Assembly (NCBI GenBank): GCA_964234715.1
Contig: OZ174284.1
Origin: Podarcis melisellensis
Taxonomy: Eukaryota
DNA: 64,000 bases
Reading direction: 5' to 3' (one strand)
In this document: positions 63,027 to 64,000 of the stretch, in pieces
Numbering within the stretch: position 1 is the stretch's first letter
How the letters are laid out: each line of letters opens with the position of its first letter
Program-made: the position numbers and the translations under genes
The notes under the pieces: generated by a model
The model's input: only the letters and a program-made list of their open reading frames with translations
Told to the model about the DNA's origin: nothing
Database searches by the model: none

Positions 63027-63750
63027 TGTAATAGACTGGCTGGATACAGAGTGGTGGGAGACACCAGCTGGGGAAGAAGGCTCAGAGCCAGGGGATTGGT
63101 GGTGGGATGACCATGAGCGGTCAGAGGGAGAAGACTGGGAGAAGATGATGCCGGAAGCTGAAAAGGTAACAGTCTAGTGAGCAGGAAGAGTCTATGGCAG
63201 ATAGCTGTCCAGAATCAGTGGCAGAAGTGAAGGCTGGAGAGTAGGGAGCAAGAGGCAGCGATGAGTCTGGCTGGGGAGGAATCCTGGCTGTCTCCCCCTC
63301 CTGCTGTGACCAGCTCCCTTTCCCCCCAGTCTCCCAGAACCCAAAGAGGTATGCAGAGCATGGAGCAAAGACAGGCAAGAAGAAGGTGCCCCCGATTGCT
63401 TGGGAAAGGAACTTACGAGGAGACTTACGAGAGATGTGGGGACCATCAGTCCTTGCAACTGCCTCACTGGGGCAAGAGCGACCCAGAAGAGTTGCTGTGC
63501 TCTATAGCAGGCTTCCTCAACCTCGGCCCTCTAGCTGTTTTGAGACTACAATTCCCATCATCCCTGACCACTGGTCCTGCTAGCTAGGGATCATGGGAGT
63601 TGTAGGCCAAAAACATCTGGCGGGCTGAGGTTGAGGAAGCCTGCTCTATAGACTTGGCCTCCTGAGCTGTTTGCTGCTTTGAATAAAGAGTTAACTTCCC
63701 TGATGCAGTGTGACTTATTACTGGCCTGCTCCTGGCTCCCACCTCTGACA
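63027..63750 (+). mobile_element. Solo LTR (Gypsy-like) with nested hAT MITE
   Basis: TGTAAT...CTGACA, 5-bp TSD CTAAG and AATAAA at ~63682. Confidence 0.85.
63508..63643. mobile_element. hAT MITE
   Basis: TIR CAGGCTTCCTCAACCTC with 8-bp TSD CTCTATAG. Confidence 0.93.
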
Positions 63751-64000
63751 CTAAGTTTGCTAAGGGGAAAACAAGCAAGGGCAGCAAGAGACTCTTGAAG
63801 CAGCACTCTGCTAATGCATTGCACAAGAAACTCTGCATCTCTGCGCCTCCGCTGCTTATTCTGCATTGTAGAGGTGTCTTGCTGTATAAGTAGCTCTTGA
63901 CAACACTGCACTGCCTATTTCTTTTATTACATCGTGGGGTAATTAATCTCTTGTGCATATGAGAGAGTGTGGTATATTTCTCTAAGAGAATGTGCAGTTT

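Overview
This is eukaryotic (squamate) genomic DNA, not prokaryotic. The Sauria SINE, Bov-B, CR1, L2 and L1 repertoire points to a lacertid lizard, probably Podarcis-like (inference). I find no recognisable host protein-coding exon, rRNA, tRNA or CRISPR array, so it reads as a gene desert or very large intron. It holds nine Sauria SINEs, RTE/Bov-B, L1, L2 and CR1 fragments, four families of TA-flanked Tc1/mariner-Tigger-type MITEs, hAT MITEs with 8-bp TSDs, several solo LTRs and microsatellites. Between these lie TE-free blocks that look like conserved enhancers, plus a tandem pair of CTCF motifs. The most notable observations are: (1) an RTE-clade LINE with a 5' inversion showing twin-priming geometry; (2) a poly(A)-tailed retroelement with an unrecognised open ORF, inserted at an L1-type site in a MITE (HAL1-like candidate); (3) a templated 103-bp insertion bridging two truncated TEs; (4) a Bov-B fragment and a SINE sharing one target site (triple TSD); (5) LTR-like elements without TSDs. 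Family names come from motif recognition, not from database searches. I cannot claim a clearly new biological system here.
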